Part shown: in pieces, positions 27,973 through 37,322 of the stretch
Layout: each line of letters opens with the position of its first letter
Numbering within the stretch: the first letter of the stretch is position 1
NCBI GenBank assembly: GCA_016214025.1
Contig: JACRPH010000004.1
Span: 17,370 to 81,369 of the forward strand
Source: Candidatus Woesearchaeota archaeon
Lineage (GTDB): Archaea; Nanobdellota; Nanobdellia; Woesearchaeales; GW2011-AR9
Reading direction: 5' to 3'
DNA: 64,000 bases
Program-made: the position numbers and the translations under genes
Notes under the pieces: model-generated
Database searches by the model: none
The model's input: only the letters and a program-made list of their open reading frames with translations
What the model was told of the DNA's origin: nothing

Positions 27973-29265
27973 ATGCTAGACCTTAACTTTGTGCGGAAAA
28001 ATCCAGATGCGGTAAAAGCATCCGAAAAAAGGCGCCATCATGATCCTAAATTAGTCGCTCAAGTATTGGACTTAGATGAGCAGTGGAAAAGAGAACTGAA
28101 AGTTGTAGAAGAATTAAAACACAAACGCAACGTAGTTTCTGAGGAAATTAACCAAGCTAAGAAACAGAAGAAAGAAGAGCTGGCCCAGAAAAAAATCAAA
28201 GAGATGCGGGAAGTTGCTGAGAATATCAAGAAGAGTGAAGAAAAAGTAAACCAATTATTGGAAAATAGAACCAAAACTCTTAAACAATTGGGAAATATAT
28301 TGCATGCTTCTGTTCCGGATGGTAAAGATGATTCCGAGAACGTGGAAATCAAGAAAGTGGGGGAAGTGCCTAAGTTTAACTTCCCCATCAAAGATCATAT
28401 AGAGCTGGGTCAGGAATTAGACTTGATTGACTTAGATACCGCGGCTAAAACTTCCGGCGCCAGATTTTATTATTTGAAGAATGAAGCGGTTCTGCTAAGC
28501 CAAGCGTTGCAGAGATTTGCTATTGACCGCTTATTGAAGAAAGGCTACACCCTTATCCAGACACCTTATATGTTGAATAAAGCGGCATTGGAAGGCGGAG
28601 TAAATCTATCCGAGTTTCAGGATACCATTTACAAGATTGAGAATGAGGATTTGTATCTAATCGGAACTTCGGAGCACCCATTAGTGGCTTTGAAAAAAGA
28701 TGAAGTGGTGGAAGAGAAAGAACTGCCGTTGAAAATTTGCGGAGTAAGCGCTTGCTTTAGAAAAGAGTTGGGAGCTCATGGCCGAGATGATAAAGGCATC
28801 TTTAGAGTGCACCAGTTCAATAAAGTGGAGCAGATAGTTTATTGCAAGCCTGAGGATTCCTACCAATTCTTTGATGAATTACAAAAAAACTCTGAAGAAA
28901 TGTTCAAAGAGCTGGAACTTCCTTTCCGAGTGGTCCAGATTTGTACCGGTGACATTGGAAATAAACAGGCGTTGCAGTACGATATTGAAGCGTGGATGCC
29001 GGGGCAGAACGATAAAAAAGGCAGTTATCGGGAAGTAACTTCCTGTTCTAATTGTACCGAGTATCAAGCCGTTACTTTAAACACTAAATTTATGCGCCAG
29101 AACGGAGAAAAAGAATACTTGCACATATTGAATAACACTGCTTTAACAGATACTAGACCAATTGTAGCTATTTTAGAGAACTTCCAGACCAAGAGCGGAA
29201 CAGTAAAGATACCCAAAGCATTGTGGCCGTATATGAATGGGATTAAGGAGATTGGGAGGAAGTAA
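27973..29265 (+). CDS. serS: Seryl-tRNA synthetase.
   Basis: N-terminal MLDLNFVRKNPD plus coiled-coil arm. Class II motifs FRKE, GTSEHPL and R..E.TSCSNCTEYQA are present. Confidence 0.85.
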   Translation: MLDLNFVRKNPDAVKASEKRRHHDPKLVAQVLDLDEQWKRELKVVEELKHKRNVVSEEINQAKKQKKEELAQKKIKEMREVAENIKKSEEKVNQLLENRTKTLKQLGNILHASVPDGKDDSENVEIKKVGEVPKFNFPIKDHIELGQELDLIDLDTAAKTSGARFYYLKNEAVLLSQALQRFAIDRLLKKGYTLIQTPYMLNKAALEGGVNLSEFQDTIYKIENEDLYLIGTSEHPLVALKKDEVVEEKELPLKICGVSACFRKELGAHGRDDKGIFRVHQFNKVEQIVYCKPEDSYQFFDELQKNSEEMFKELELPFRVVQICTGDIGNKQALQYDIEAWMPGQNDKKGSYREVTSCSNCTEYQAVTLNTKFMRQNGEKEYLHILNNTALTDTRPIVAILENFQTKSGTVKIPKALWPYMNGIKEIGRK

Positions 29266-29276
29266 AAGAAATAGAT

Positions 29277-30182
29277 TTAATTCACTTTTTGCTTTAACAA
29301 TTCGCCCAATAAATTATGCAAACCTGAAGTATACTCTTTTTTTCCTAATGCTGCAAGCACTTTTTCTCTATTGTTCGGGTCAATAAGGTAGTTCACTGCA
29401 GTTTGTGGAGTTAATGAAACAATAAGTGATTCTTGCTGCATATCTGGAACCACCTCTTTTTGCGCGCCGCCTTCCATGTGCGTGGCCGGGGGGCTACGAC
29501 GCAGGAAACGACTGTCATTGCTTAGGTTGCCGTTACCGTAAGCAATGGAATTGCTATCAAGGTTACTGACATTGACCGCCCGTAATTTATCTGTCTTAAG
29601 AGAGTCTTGGTCTAAAACCCAAAAATTAGGAATAATCTCTTGGTTTTTAATCTCTTTTAACAGGGCTAAATACTCTCGATATACTTTTTCTTGTCCTTCT
29701 AACAAATCAATCCATCCCTCTCGTACAAAGTTTTGACTGCTGCGGTCTAATTCTACATCCTCTTTGAAAAAAGCATAATCTATGGGAAGAAACCCTTTTG
29801 AAAAATATTTACTTATTCCAACCAACTGTGGACACACATGCTTTAATTTTAGTTTGGGTAAGCCGGCTTTGTACGCGACTCCACAGCAGGAATCCAACCA
29901 AGTGTTGAAATATCTCAATCGCTCATCCATGCTTCTTGAACTGCCATCTGGATTAGTAAAAGTATTGAAATCTTCCAGGCGAGCTAAGATGTTTTCTAAG
30001 AAAGTATTACTGCGATACACCTTTCTTCCATAAAGAGCTATTTGGGGCTGATGCGGGTTTTTCTCTGCTTCGCAGGCTTTCTGCAGGGCATGCATGCCTA
30101 AGGCGTAAGTATTAGTTTGCGGCATTTGAATATAACTTTTTCTTTCAGAATCTGTTGCTTCATTGGTTTGTTCATTTGCCAT
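29277..30182 (-). CDS. Hypothetical protein.
   Basis: 301-aa ORF. Confidence 0.4.
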   Translation of the reverse strand: MANEQTNEATDSERKSYIQMPQTNTYALGMHALQKACEAEKNPHQPQIALYGRKVYRSNTFLENILARLEDFNTFTNPDGSSRSMDERLRYFNTWLDSCCGVAYKAGLPKLKLKHVCPQLVGISKYFSKGFLPIDYAFFKEDVELDRSSQNFVREGWIDLLEGQEKVYREYLALLKEIKNQEIIPNFWVLDQDSLKTDKLRAVNVSNLDSNSIAYGNGNLSNDSRFLRRSPPATHMEGGAQKEVVPDMQQESLIVSLTPQTAVNYLIDPNNREKVLAALGKKEYTSGLHNLLGELLKQKVN

Positions 30183-30245
30183 GGTTTAGTTCACCTTTGA
30201 TTTCAGAAAGAGGTGAAGTTTATAAATATTTTTCTCTTTGATTAC

Positions 30246-31025
30246 CTAAAAGTAGAGATAAGGCTTTCTCTTATTCTCCTCAAATTTTTCGATGGCATAC
30301 CTTAGCATCGTTCTCGGCATAGTTGTATAATGCTTCTTTAGAAACTCTTCCTCTACTTCCTGATTTCTGTTGCCTATTTCTCTTAACATCCACCCTACTG
30401 CTTTGTGGATTAAATCGTGGTTGTCATTAAGTAGTATTTCTGCGATTTTTAATGTATCATCAAACTGTTCTTTACGAATAAACGCCTGAGTGGAAAGTAT
30501 CGCAATTCTTCTTTCCCACAAGTTGACTGACTTTGCCAGTTGATACAAGATGGACTTCTTTGTGTCTCCTTTATCTAACAAGTAGTCTCCTACAATATAC
30601 GGTGCAGATGAATCTACCAAGTCCCAATTGTTGATGTTTTTAGTGTTTTTGAGGTAAAAGTCAAAGAGCTCTTTTTTCTCGGTTTCGGTTGCTTTTTGAT
30701 ACTTGTTTATCAGAATGAATAATGCCGTTAATCTGTATTCATGAATGTTACTTGACAGCAGCTGCTGAAGTTCGGACAAAGATAGCTTGGAATACTTTTT
30801 AGCTGCTTCCCTTTGCTCTGGCACTACAATTCCCAGAAATTTGTCTCCTTCGCCATATTCTCCTTTTCCGGTTTTGAAGAATTTAGCGTAGAGCTCCGCT
30901 TTTTCAGCATCGGCAAGCTTAGCTAAATCTTGTTGAAGTGAGATGAGCATAATAGCAGATAAAGCCAGGGGAATATAAATCTTTTTATAAACCCAACTCT
31001 CTTCTATGTTCTTATGCACCTCCAT
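30246..31025 (-). CDS. DNA alkylation repair enzyme (AlkD/AlkC-like HEAT-repeat glycosylase family).
   Basis: EYRLTALFIL...NWDLVDSSAPYIVGDYL...HKAVGWMLREIG match the DNA_alkylation family motifs. Confidence 0.55.
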   Translation of the reverse strand: MEVHKNIEESWVYKKIYIPLALSAIMLISLQQDLAKLADAEKAELYAKFFKTGKGEYGEGDKFLGIVVPEQREAAKKYSKLSLSELQQLLSSNIHEYRLTALFILINKYQKATETEKKELFDFYLKNTKNINNWDLVDSSAPYIVGDYLLDKGDTKKSILYQLAKSVNLWERRIAILSTQAFIRKEQFDDTLKIAEILLNDNHDLIHKAVGWMLREIGNRNQEVEEEFLKKHYTTMPRTMLRYAIEKFEENKRKPYLYF

Positions 31026-32129
31026 CGCGTTAAATATAAAGACATTGAACAGCTTCCTAACCTCCAGATAAAAAAAGATTTCAAGAAAGATTTTCAGGGA
31101 AGCTCTCCCTCTATCTTCATTGGAAAGCTTTGGAGCAAGGGCAAGTTTGGGATAGGGACTATTGCCAGCATGCGCTACGGCTTGGTTAATTCCCGAGCGA
31201 AGTGGAACGTTAAAGAAGTGCATAAGCAGAACCGCTTATTGGATATCTGTAAGGAAGTAGGGATGGCTTCTAATTCAGTGGAACTGGAAGTAAATTTGAA
31301 AGAGCAACCTAAGCTTAATCTTCAGCCGGAGAAAGAGATAATTCCGTTTGGGCCGCAGGGAGAAGTGAGAAAAGCCAGAGTTACGGCTAATCCAACAGTT
31401 GATTCCAGAGTGGAAAGAATTGTTTCAGATACGGATTTAAAAGCAGTAGAAGGAGTATTAAGTTTGTACCGTAAAGGCTTTGAAGAGAATTTTCTGACTA
31501 AATTGCTTTCTTCGGGAAGTATGGGATTGGAAGCTAATAGAAAATTAGTGCCGACTCGCTGGTCTATTACCGCAGTTGATGATACCATTGGAAAAAAATT
31601 GATTACTACTGTAAAAGACTTTCCTACAGGAGAGTTTCAAGTGTATTTCGGCGGAGAATGGGGAAACTATTATTTAATATTGTTTTTTCCGGAAGTGTGG
31701 AGTTTTGAATTGTTTGAGATGTATCTGGAACATAAGCTCAATCCGTGGAGCAAAGCCGGAAATTTTTATTCTACTGATTATGAAGATTATTCGGGAAGAA
31801 AGAATTACGCCGAAGAATGTGCTGGCGGCTACTATGCCTGCAGGTTAGGGGTGCTGGATAAATTAAACGAGCTAAAACGGCAGGGTTCGGTGTTAGTGTT
31901 TAGATTTATTACTCCCGAATATAATGTTCCATTAGGAGTATGGGTGTGCCGGGAAGCCACCCGAAAGAGCATGAATGAAAAGCCGTTGACGTTTGGTTCG
32001 CAGGAATTGATGCTGAAATACGCGAAAGAATTCATCAAGAATAAGTTCGGGTTTGAATTAGAGCAGTTGCTGAAGGAGAGCAAATTGCTGAAAGAGAAGA
32101 AGGTGCAGAGGAGGTTAAGTGAATTTTAA
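31014..32129 (+). CDS. Nre-family (NreA-like) archaeal DNA repair protein candidate.
   Basis: The size and the central VPTRWSITAVDD segment resemble the archaeal Nre family. The gene sits next to mre11. Confidence 0.4.
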   Translation: MHLHRVKYKDIEQLPNLQIKKDFKKDFQGSSPSIFIGKLWSKGKFGIGTIASMRYGLVNSRAKWNVKEVHKQNRLLDICKEVGMASNSVELEVNLKEQPKLNLQPEKEIIPFGPQGEVRKARVTANPTVDSRVERIVSDTDLKAVEGVLSLYRKGFEENFLTKLLSSGSMGLEANRKLVPTRWSITAVDDTIGKKLITTVKDFPTGEFQVYFGGEWGNYYLILFFPEVWSFELFEMYLEHKLNPWSKAGNFYSTDYEDYSGRKNYAEECAGGYYACRLGVLDKLNELKRQGSVLVFRFITPEYNVPLGVWVCREATRKSMNEKPLTFGSQELMLKYAKEFIKNKFGFELEQLLKESKLLKEKKVQRRLSEF

Positions 32130-32203
32130 ACAGTTATTTAATGTAATGCTTTAACTTCTTCATTACCACAATTCATATAAATCTCTTATCTATCATAATT
32201 CCC

Positions 32204-33430
32204 ATGAAATACGCCCATCTTGCAGATCTGCACTTAGGCTCGTGGAGAGATGAAAAGATGCGCGAGCTGTCCACACAGGCATTTCTGAAAGCTATCGAGC
32301 AGTGTGTTTCACAACAAGTTGATTTTATCCTCTTCTCCGGAGATTTGTTTAATACCTCTCTGCCGTCTTTGGATACGCTTAAGATTGTAACTAAGACGCT
32401 AAAAGAACTGCAGGAAAAAAATATTCCGCTGTATGCTATTGCCGGCTCGCATGATTTTTCTCCCAGCGGAAAAACCATGTTAGATGTGCTGGAGAATGCG
32501 GGATTATTGGTTAATGTATGTAAAGGCTATGTTAATCCGGAAACGCATCAATTACATCTGAAATTTACCTCAGATCAGAAAACCGAAGCCAAGATAACTG
32601 GAATGCTGGGGAAGAAAGGCCTGCTCGACAAAGTATATTACCAGAACCTGCATTTAGATGATCTGGAACGGGAAGAGGGGTATAAAATATTTTTGTTTCA
32701 CACTACGCTATCCGAATTAAAGCCCAAGCATTTAGAGAAGCTGGAATCACAGCCGCTTTCTTTTTTGCCCAAGAAGTTTAATTATTATGCTGGTGGGCAT
32801 ATTCATCATCCGACGTTAGTCGAACAAGAGGGATATGGCACTTTAACTTATCCTGGAGCGTTGTTTCCAAATAACTTTGCGGAATTGGAGCAGTACGGAA
32901 AAGGGGGATATTACTTAATTACGGTTGAGAATAACTCCCAGAAAATAGATTGGGTCCCATTAGAGATGATAAAACACCACAAACTCGTTCTTAACTGTAC
33001 GCATAAAACTCCGGATACGATTACTACTGCAATTATTGATCATTTCCATTATTTAGATTTAATTGATACTTTGGTTACCATTCGACTTAACGGAGCATTA
33101 GAAAGCGGAAGAACCGCAGATATTGATTTCAAGAGAATATTTGAGCAATTATATGCGCAGAAAGCGTATTTTGTAATGAAGAATACTTCCGGATTGGAAG
33201 CAGAAGAATTTGAAGAGATAAAAATATCTTCAGCTGATTCTGAACTGGTGGAAGAGCAGCTTATCCGAGAACATTTAGGACAAGTAAAGCTGTTTGATTT
33301 AGACACAGAATTTAATTTGACTAAATCGCTTCTGTCGGTGTTGAACACTACTAAACTTGAAGGAGAAACTGTAGCTGATTTCCAGAAGCGGGTGGAAGAG
33401 GGAGTGAATAAAGTCATAGGTGTGAACTAA
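32204..33430 (+). CDS. mre11: DNA double-strand break repair nuclease Mre11.
   Basis: MKYAHLADLHLG (motif I), FILFSGDLF (motif II), AIAGSHD (motif III) and GGHIHH (motif V) match the calcineurin-like phosphoesterase motifs. Confidence 0.8.
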   Translation: MKYAHLADLHLGSWRDEKMRELSTQAFLKAIEQCVSQQVDFILFSGDLFNTSLPSLDTLKIVTKTLKELQEKNIPLYAIAGSHDFSPSGKTMLDVLENAGLLVNVCKGYVNPETHQLHLKFTSDQKTEAKITGMLGKKGLLDKVYYQNLHLDDLEREEGYKIFLFHTTLSELKPKHLEKLESQPLSFLPKKFNYYAGGHIHHPTLVEQEGYGTLTYPGALFPNNFAELEQYGKGGYYLITVENNSQKIDWVPLEMIKHHKLVLNCTHKTPDTITTAIIDHFHYLDLIDTLVTIRLNGALESGRTADIDFKRIFEQLYAQKAYFVMKNTSGLEAEEFEEIKISSADSELVEEQLIREHLGQVKLFDLDTEFNLTKSLLSVLNTTKLEGETVADFQKRVEEGVNKVIGVN

Positions 33431-33446
33431 TTGCCCACCCATAATG

Positions 33447-33480
33447 TTATAGTAAATTGCAAAAATAATGGAACATTATG
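33447..33480. repeat. 34-nt dispersed repeat, copy 1, embedded in the local hairpin CCCATAATGTT...AACATTATGGG.
   Basis: TTATAGTAAATTGCAAAAATAATGGAACATTATG is identical to 51918..51951. Confidence 0.7.
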
Positions 33481-33532
33481 GGCGGGCATATGTGTTCATA
33501 TTTGGGGGGGAATTATATAAAATGTTTGGTGA

Positions 33533-34171
33533 TTAAAATTTCAAAAAGTTAATGCACTTGTTCAAATCTTGCGAAGAAATAATAAAGATGGTATCCGTCC
33601 AGCAGGAAAAGAATTCGCTGATATTAACGCCATTCTCTGAGAATAATGAAGTAAGATAAGAAATTACCCCGCAGGTGGTTTCTATCTCTTTAGGAGACTT
33701 TATGTTAATTAAAGCCAGATGGCGGTTAGTTTTAATAATATCTCCTTTAAACTTCCGCTCAAAATTACTGGCGTATTTCTCTTGGGTAATAATGGTATAA
33801 TTGTTTGACCCCTCCAATGCATAAAACAAGCCTGATTCTTTTTTGATGTTATTTTGGATTATTCCTAAAGATTCGAAAGTAGGGCTTTTCTTTAGAATAA
33901 AAACGACAATCTTATTTCTGATCTCAATCTCTGATTTGGAAAGAAGAGTAATTATATCTGAATCAGCCGTGCTCTCTTTCTTTAGCTTGTCCTGAAGCCT
34001 TATGGCCGCAATCAAGATGGCTTCCTTGGAAGTTTTTTTCTCAATATCCAGCTCTTTAGCGATGAATCTGGCGAGAGAAGAATAATTTATCAGCCCTTTC
34101 TTCAAGCAATGCTTAATATGGGGATGCTCGCGGATGTATTCATGAGTTAATTCAGTAGTATTTTTCTCCAT
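33533..34171 (-). CDS. ACT-domain regulatory protein (COG2150-like).
   Basis: C-terminal ...TCGVISYLTSLFSENGVNISEFFSCWTDTIFII is an ACT-like pattern. Confidence 0.45.
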   Translation of the reverse strand: MEKNTTELTHEYIREHPHIKHCLKKGLINYSSLARFIAKELDIEKKTSKEAILIAAIRLQDKLKKESTADSDIITLLSKSEIEIRNKIVVFILKKSPTFESLGIIQNNIKKESGLFYALEGSNNYTIITQEKYASNFERKFKGDIIKTNRHLALINIKSPKEIETTCGVISYLTSLFSENGVNISEFFSCWTDTIFIISSQDLNKCINFLKF

Positions 34172-34295
34172 TATCCCCTTTATAAATCACAATAATATAT
34201 AAACTTTACTATCTTGTTCCAAATCGAACAACTTTGTTTACTTTTGTTTGGTATTGGTCACTAGATATAAATCTTTATTATTATCCCCTACCTAA

Positions 34296-34898
34296 ATGAA
34301 ACAAAAAATCGTATTGGCATATTCCGGAGGATTAGATACTTCTGTAATACTGAAATGGCTATTAGAGAAAGGCTACGAAGTGGTCTGTTATATCGCTGAT
34401 GTGGGGCAGAAAGAAGATTTTGTTCAGGCAAAGTCAAAAGCGTTGGCTATCGGAGCCAGCAAAGTATATGTGGAAGATTTAAAAGAGGAATTTGTTAGCA
34501 AATATATTTTCCAAGCGTTAAAAGCCAATGCTGTTTACGAAGGGAAATACCTGCTGGGAACTTCTCTGGCCAGGCCATTAATTGCCCAGAAACATATTGA
34601 AATTGCTAAGCCAAAAATAGCGGAATTAATTTACAATGGATTTTGGTTCAGCCCGGAATTTGAATTTTTAATGGCAGCGATAAATAAAAGCCAGGAAAAT
34701 GTGGAGGGAAAAGTGTATTTGACTCTGTACAAAAGCAACGCTTATGTTACCGGGCGTGAATCTAAGAAATCTTTGTATGACCAAAACATTGCCAGCATGG
34801 ATAAATCTGGAGGATATGACCAGACTGATGCCAGCGGCTTCATCAAAATCAATGCCCTGCGCTTAAAATTGGGGGCTCAAGATGAAACTATGGGATAA
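34296..34898 (+). CDS. argG: Argininosuccinate synthase-like protein with an in-frame internal deletion of ~200 aa.
   Basis: N-terminus [14 protein letters not shown]...YIADVGQ...[19 protein letters not shown] is fused directly to the ArgG C-terminal segment [17 protein letters not shown]...[12 protein letters not shown]. Length is 200 aa against ~400 for ArgG. Confidence 0.55.
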   Translation: MKQKIVLAYSGGLDTSVILKWLLEKGYEVVCYIADVGQKEDFVQAKSKALAIGASKVYVEDLKEEFVSKYIFQALKANAVYEGKYLLGTSLARPLIAQKHIEIAKPKIAELIYNGFWFSPEFEFLMAAINKSQENVEGKVYLTLYKSNAYVTGRESKKSLYDQNIASMDKSGGYDQTDASGFIKINALRLKLGAQDETMG

Positions 34899-34931
34899 AA
34901 ATTAGTAAAAACTATCTTTCAAGTTTACCAA

Positions 34932-35723
34932 TTGGCGATGGTTTTTACTCTAAAAGAGATGGAAAACATACGCATTACTCTGGAAACGTTGTACGATATT
35001 CTCAGAAATGAGAAGAAAAGAGAGGATTTACAGAAGTTAGATTCATCTATCTATGTGGATATCGTTAATTACTTTAAAGAAAAAGTTTCTTTCCTGGAAA
35101 AGCGGAAAAGTGACAAAGATCTGTTCTCCTCCGGAGAAGTGGATAAGATGGAATATGAATTAAGAAGCATCCGCCGGATTCTTAAAGAGCTATATGAGAA
35201 GCGGGAGAAGAAAATAATTGATATCGCCCTGAATAAAAGCAGAACCGGCTCAGAAATCATAGACACCAGCTCCATGCTGCCAGAAGAGAAAGAATTCTAT
35301 CTAAGAACTCTAGCAAATTTAGATGAATTCCGAAGAGGTATCTTGTTCAACATTTTCAAAGGAGAAATTCCGGAGATAGTCGGATTAACTGTGCAAAGAA
35401 AATTGGCTGATGTTGGTATAGAAGCATATGAAGATACATCACCGCCGGTTAATACGAGCAGTACTACTCAGAATAAACTAACTGAGCCCACACCAGAACC
35501 ACAGAAATTACTTGAAGTTCCATCTGGACCATTAAAACCAGCAGAACCACCAACCCCTTTACCAGAAGCCAAGAAAACTAAAATCAAATTCATTCAGCCG
35601 GTGCCCAGCTTTGTGTGGAAAGACATGAAAGTATATGGGCCATTCAGCGTAGGAGACGAAACTGAAATATTCACTGAAGTGGCTGAGTTAATCGTTAGAA
35701 AAGGAAGAGCAGTCAAAGTTTAA
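34932..35723 (+). CDS. GINS subunit (Gins51/Gins15-like), with A domain, Pro-rich linker and B domain.
   Basis: N-terminal alpha-helical LETLYDILRNEKKREDLQKLDSSIYVDIVNYF, then a PEPTPEPQ linker, then C-terminal KFIQPVPSFVWKDMKVYGPFSVGDETEIFTEVAELIVRKGRAVKV. Confidence 0.5.
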   Translation: MAMVFTLKEMENIRITLETLYDILRNEKKREDLQKLDSSIYVDIVNYFKEKVSFLEKRKSDKDLFSSGEVDKMEYELRSIRRILKELYEKREKKIIDIALNKSRTGSEIIDTSSMLPEEKEFYLRTLANLDEFRRGILFNIFKGEIPEIVGLTVQRKLADVGIEAYEDTSPPVNTSSTTQNKLTEPTPEPQKLLEVPSGPLKPAEPPTPLPEAKKTKIKFIQPVPSFVWKDMKVYGPFSVGDETEIFTEVAELIVRKGRAVKV

Positions 35724-35765
35724 AAGAGTAAAAGTATAAAAACAACACTAAAAAAAGACCTAAAA

Positions 35766-36461
35766 ATGCCAACCATCTCGGTAGTTATCCCTGCGTGTAA
35801 TGAGGAGAAGTACATCGAAGCTACTTTAAACAGCCTTAAACAACAGGAGTTTAATGATTATGAGACTATCGTAGTGTGCAATGGATGTACGGATAATACT
35901 GAATCTATTGCTAAACAGCATGAAGGGGAAAATACTACTGTAATTTCTTTCCCGGAGGCTAACGTAAGCAAAGCTCGAAACATTGGTGCAAGCAAGGCCA
36001 GTGGAAGCGTTTTATTGTTCTTGGATGCCGATTCCACTTTAGAGCAAGATGCACTGAGCAAGATAAATGAACAATTTATGGATAATCATTACGCTGCGAC
36101 AACTAAAGCGAAGCCTGGCACCCCCTCACTTAAGTTTAATCTGGCACTAGGATTGAAGAATTTTTACCTATCTACCGGATTGTATGAAGGCTGCAGCGGA
36201 GCGTTAATCTGCAGGAGAGGAGATTTTGATAAAGTTAATGGTTACGATTCAGCTCTTATTGTAAAAGAGCACCGCAAGCTGATCATTAAATTGAAGCGGG
36301 CTACCCAGAAAGAATTTGTGTGCATTAATACTCACCTCACAACATCTATGCGCCGGTATCAGCAATGGGGATTATCTAAGTCAGCAGTATTCTGGACTAA
36401 ACAATGGCTGAAGAATTACTTGGGCGATTTGAAGAAAAGTGAGTATGAGAAAATCCGTTAG
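35766..36461 (+). CDS. Family 2 glycosyltransferase.
   Basis: ISVVIPACNEE...LLFLDADSTLEQDAL are the GT2 DxD and substrate-binding motifs. Confidence 0.65.
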   Translation: MPTISVVIPACNEEKYIEATLNSLKQQEFNDYETIVVCNGCTDNTESIAKQHEGENTTVISFPEANVSKARNIGASKASGSVLLFLDADSTLEQDALSKINEQFMDNHYAATTKAKPGTPSLKFNLALGLKNFYLSTGLYEGCSGALICRRGDFDKVNGYDSALIVKEHRKLIIKLKRATQKEFVCINTHLTTSMRRYQQWGLSKSAVFWTKQWLKNYLGDLKKSEYEKIR

Positions 36462-36492
36462 CTTTTTTAACTAGAACCATTTCCTTAGCGAT

Positions 36493-37038
36493 ATGATCAT
36501 CACTATCTCCGGAGCGTTAGGCTCAGGTAAAAGCACCGTGGCTAAGCTTGTCGCCCAGAAATTAAACTTGAAACATTATTCTACCGGAGATTTTATGCGC
36601 GAAATCGCCATTAAAAGGGACCTGACCTTATTAGAATTAAGCAAACTGGCTGAAAAAGATCCTTCTGTAGATAAAGAGTTAGATGAACGGCAGATCCGCT
36701 TAGGCAAAAAAGAAGACAATTTTATCATTGATGCCCGATTAGGCTGGCATTTCATTCCCCATTCAGTAAAAGTATTCTTAGACGTAACTGATGAAGAAGC
36801 TGCCCGAAGAATCTTTGCCGAAAGAAGAGCAGATGAAAAGTATAATACTACTTTAAAGAAAACGCTAGAAAACATTAAACGCAGAAAAGAATCGGAGACT
36901 AAGCGTTACCGGCAGTATTATGGAGTGAATTATTTCGACCTGAAGAATTATGATTTGGTGGTGGACACTACAAAGTTAACTGCAGTTCAAGCAGCAGAGA
37001 AAATTGGGCGGTTTGTGCGTAATATTTTAGCAAAGTGA
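36493..37038 (+). CDS. cmk: Cytidylate kinase, archaeal type.
   Basis: MIITISGALGSGKSTVAKLVAQKL is the P-loop. DARLGWHF matches the NMP-kinase fold. Confidence 0.6.
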   Translation: MIITISGALGSGKSTVAKLVAQKLNLKHYSTGDFMREIAIKRDLTLLELSKLAEKDPSVDKELDERQIRLGKKEDNFIIDARLGWHFIPHSVKVFLDVTDEEAARRIFAERRADEKYNTTLKKTLENIKRRKESETKRYRQYYGVNYFDLKNYDLVVDTTKLTAVQAAEKIGRFVRNILAK

Positions 37039-37143
37039 AGCACCACTAAAGCATCCGGGGAGTTCTGCGATTAGTTTCAAGTTTAATTTTTTGGATTAAC
37101 TTTTATTTTTGTCCGGCACTATAGATTAAGAGGCGGATTATCT

Positions 37144-37213
37144 CACATAAGCCATCGCTACATACCCCACCACCCTACTTTTATCCCCGGGCGTGTCTCC
37201 GGAATTGCGGTAA
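37144..37213 (-). pseudogene. Duplicated 3'-end fragment of the Memo-like gene. It forms the left direct repeat of the GHKL/STAS cassette.
   Basis: About 88% identical to 38590..38658. Minus-strand translation KVYRNSGDTPGDKSRVVGYVAMAYVR* parallels the Memo C-terminus IDYRNSGDTAGDKSRVVGYGCTAYVE. Confidence 0.6.
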
Positions 37214-37228
37214 ACCTTCTAAATTCAC

Positions 37229-37322
37229 TTCCTTCCCCGGGAAACCGCTATAATCCTACCCTTTCCCGGGAATCCCGGTAGAAATAGCAACATTTATAAA
37301 TAAAAGCCAATTCCCGGTAAGG
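37229..37322 (+). promoter_or_regulatory. Putative promoter/operator of the GHKL gene: TATA-like box plus three TTCCCGG(G/T)AA sites.
   Basis: TTCCCCGGGAAACC at 37233-46, TTTCCCGGGAATCCCGGTA at 37262-80, TTTATAAATA at 37293-302, and TTCCCGGTAA at 37311-20 immediately before the ATG at 37323. Confidence 0.35.
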
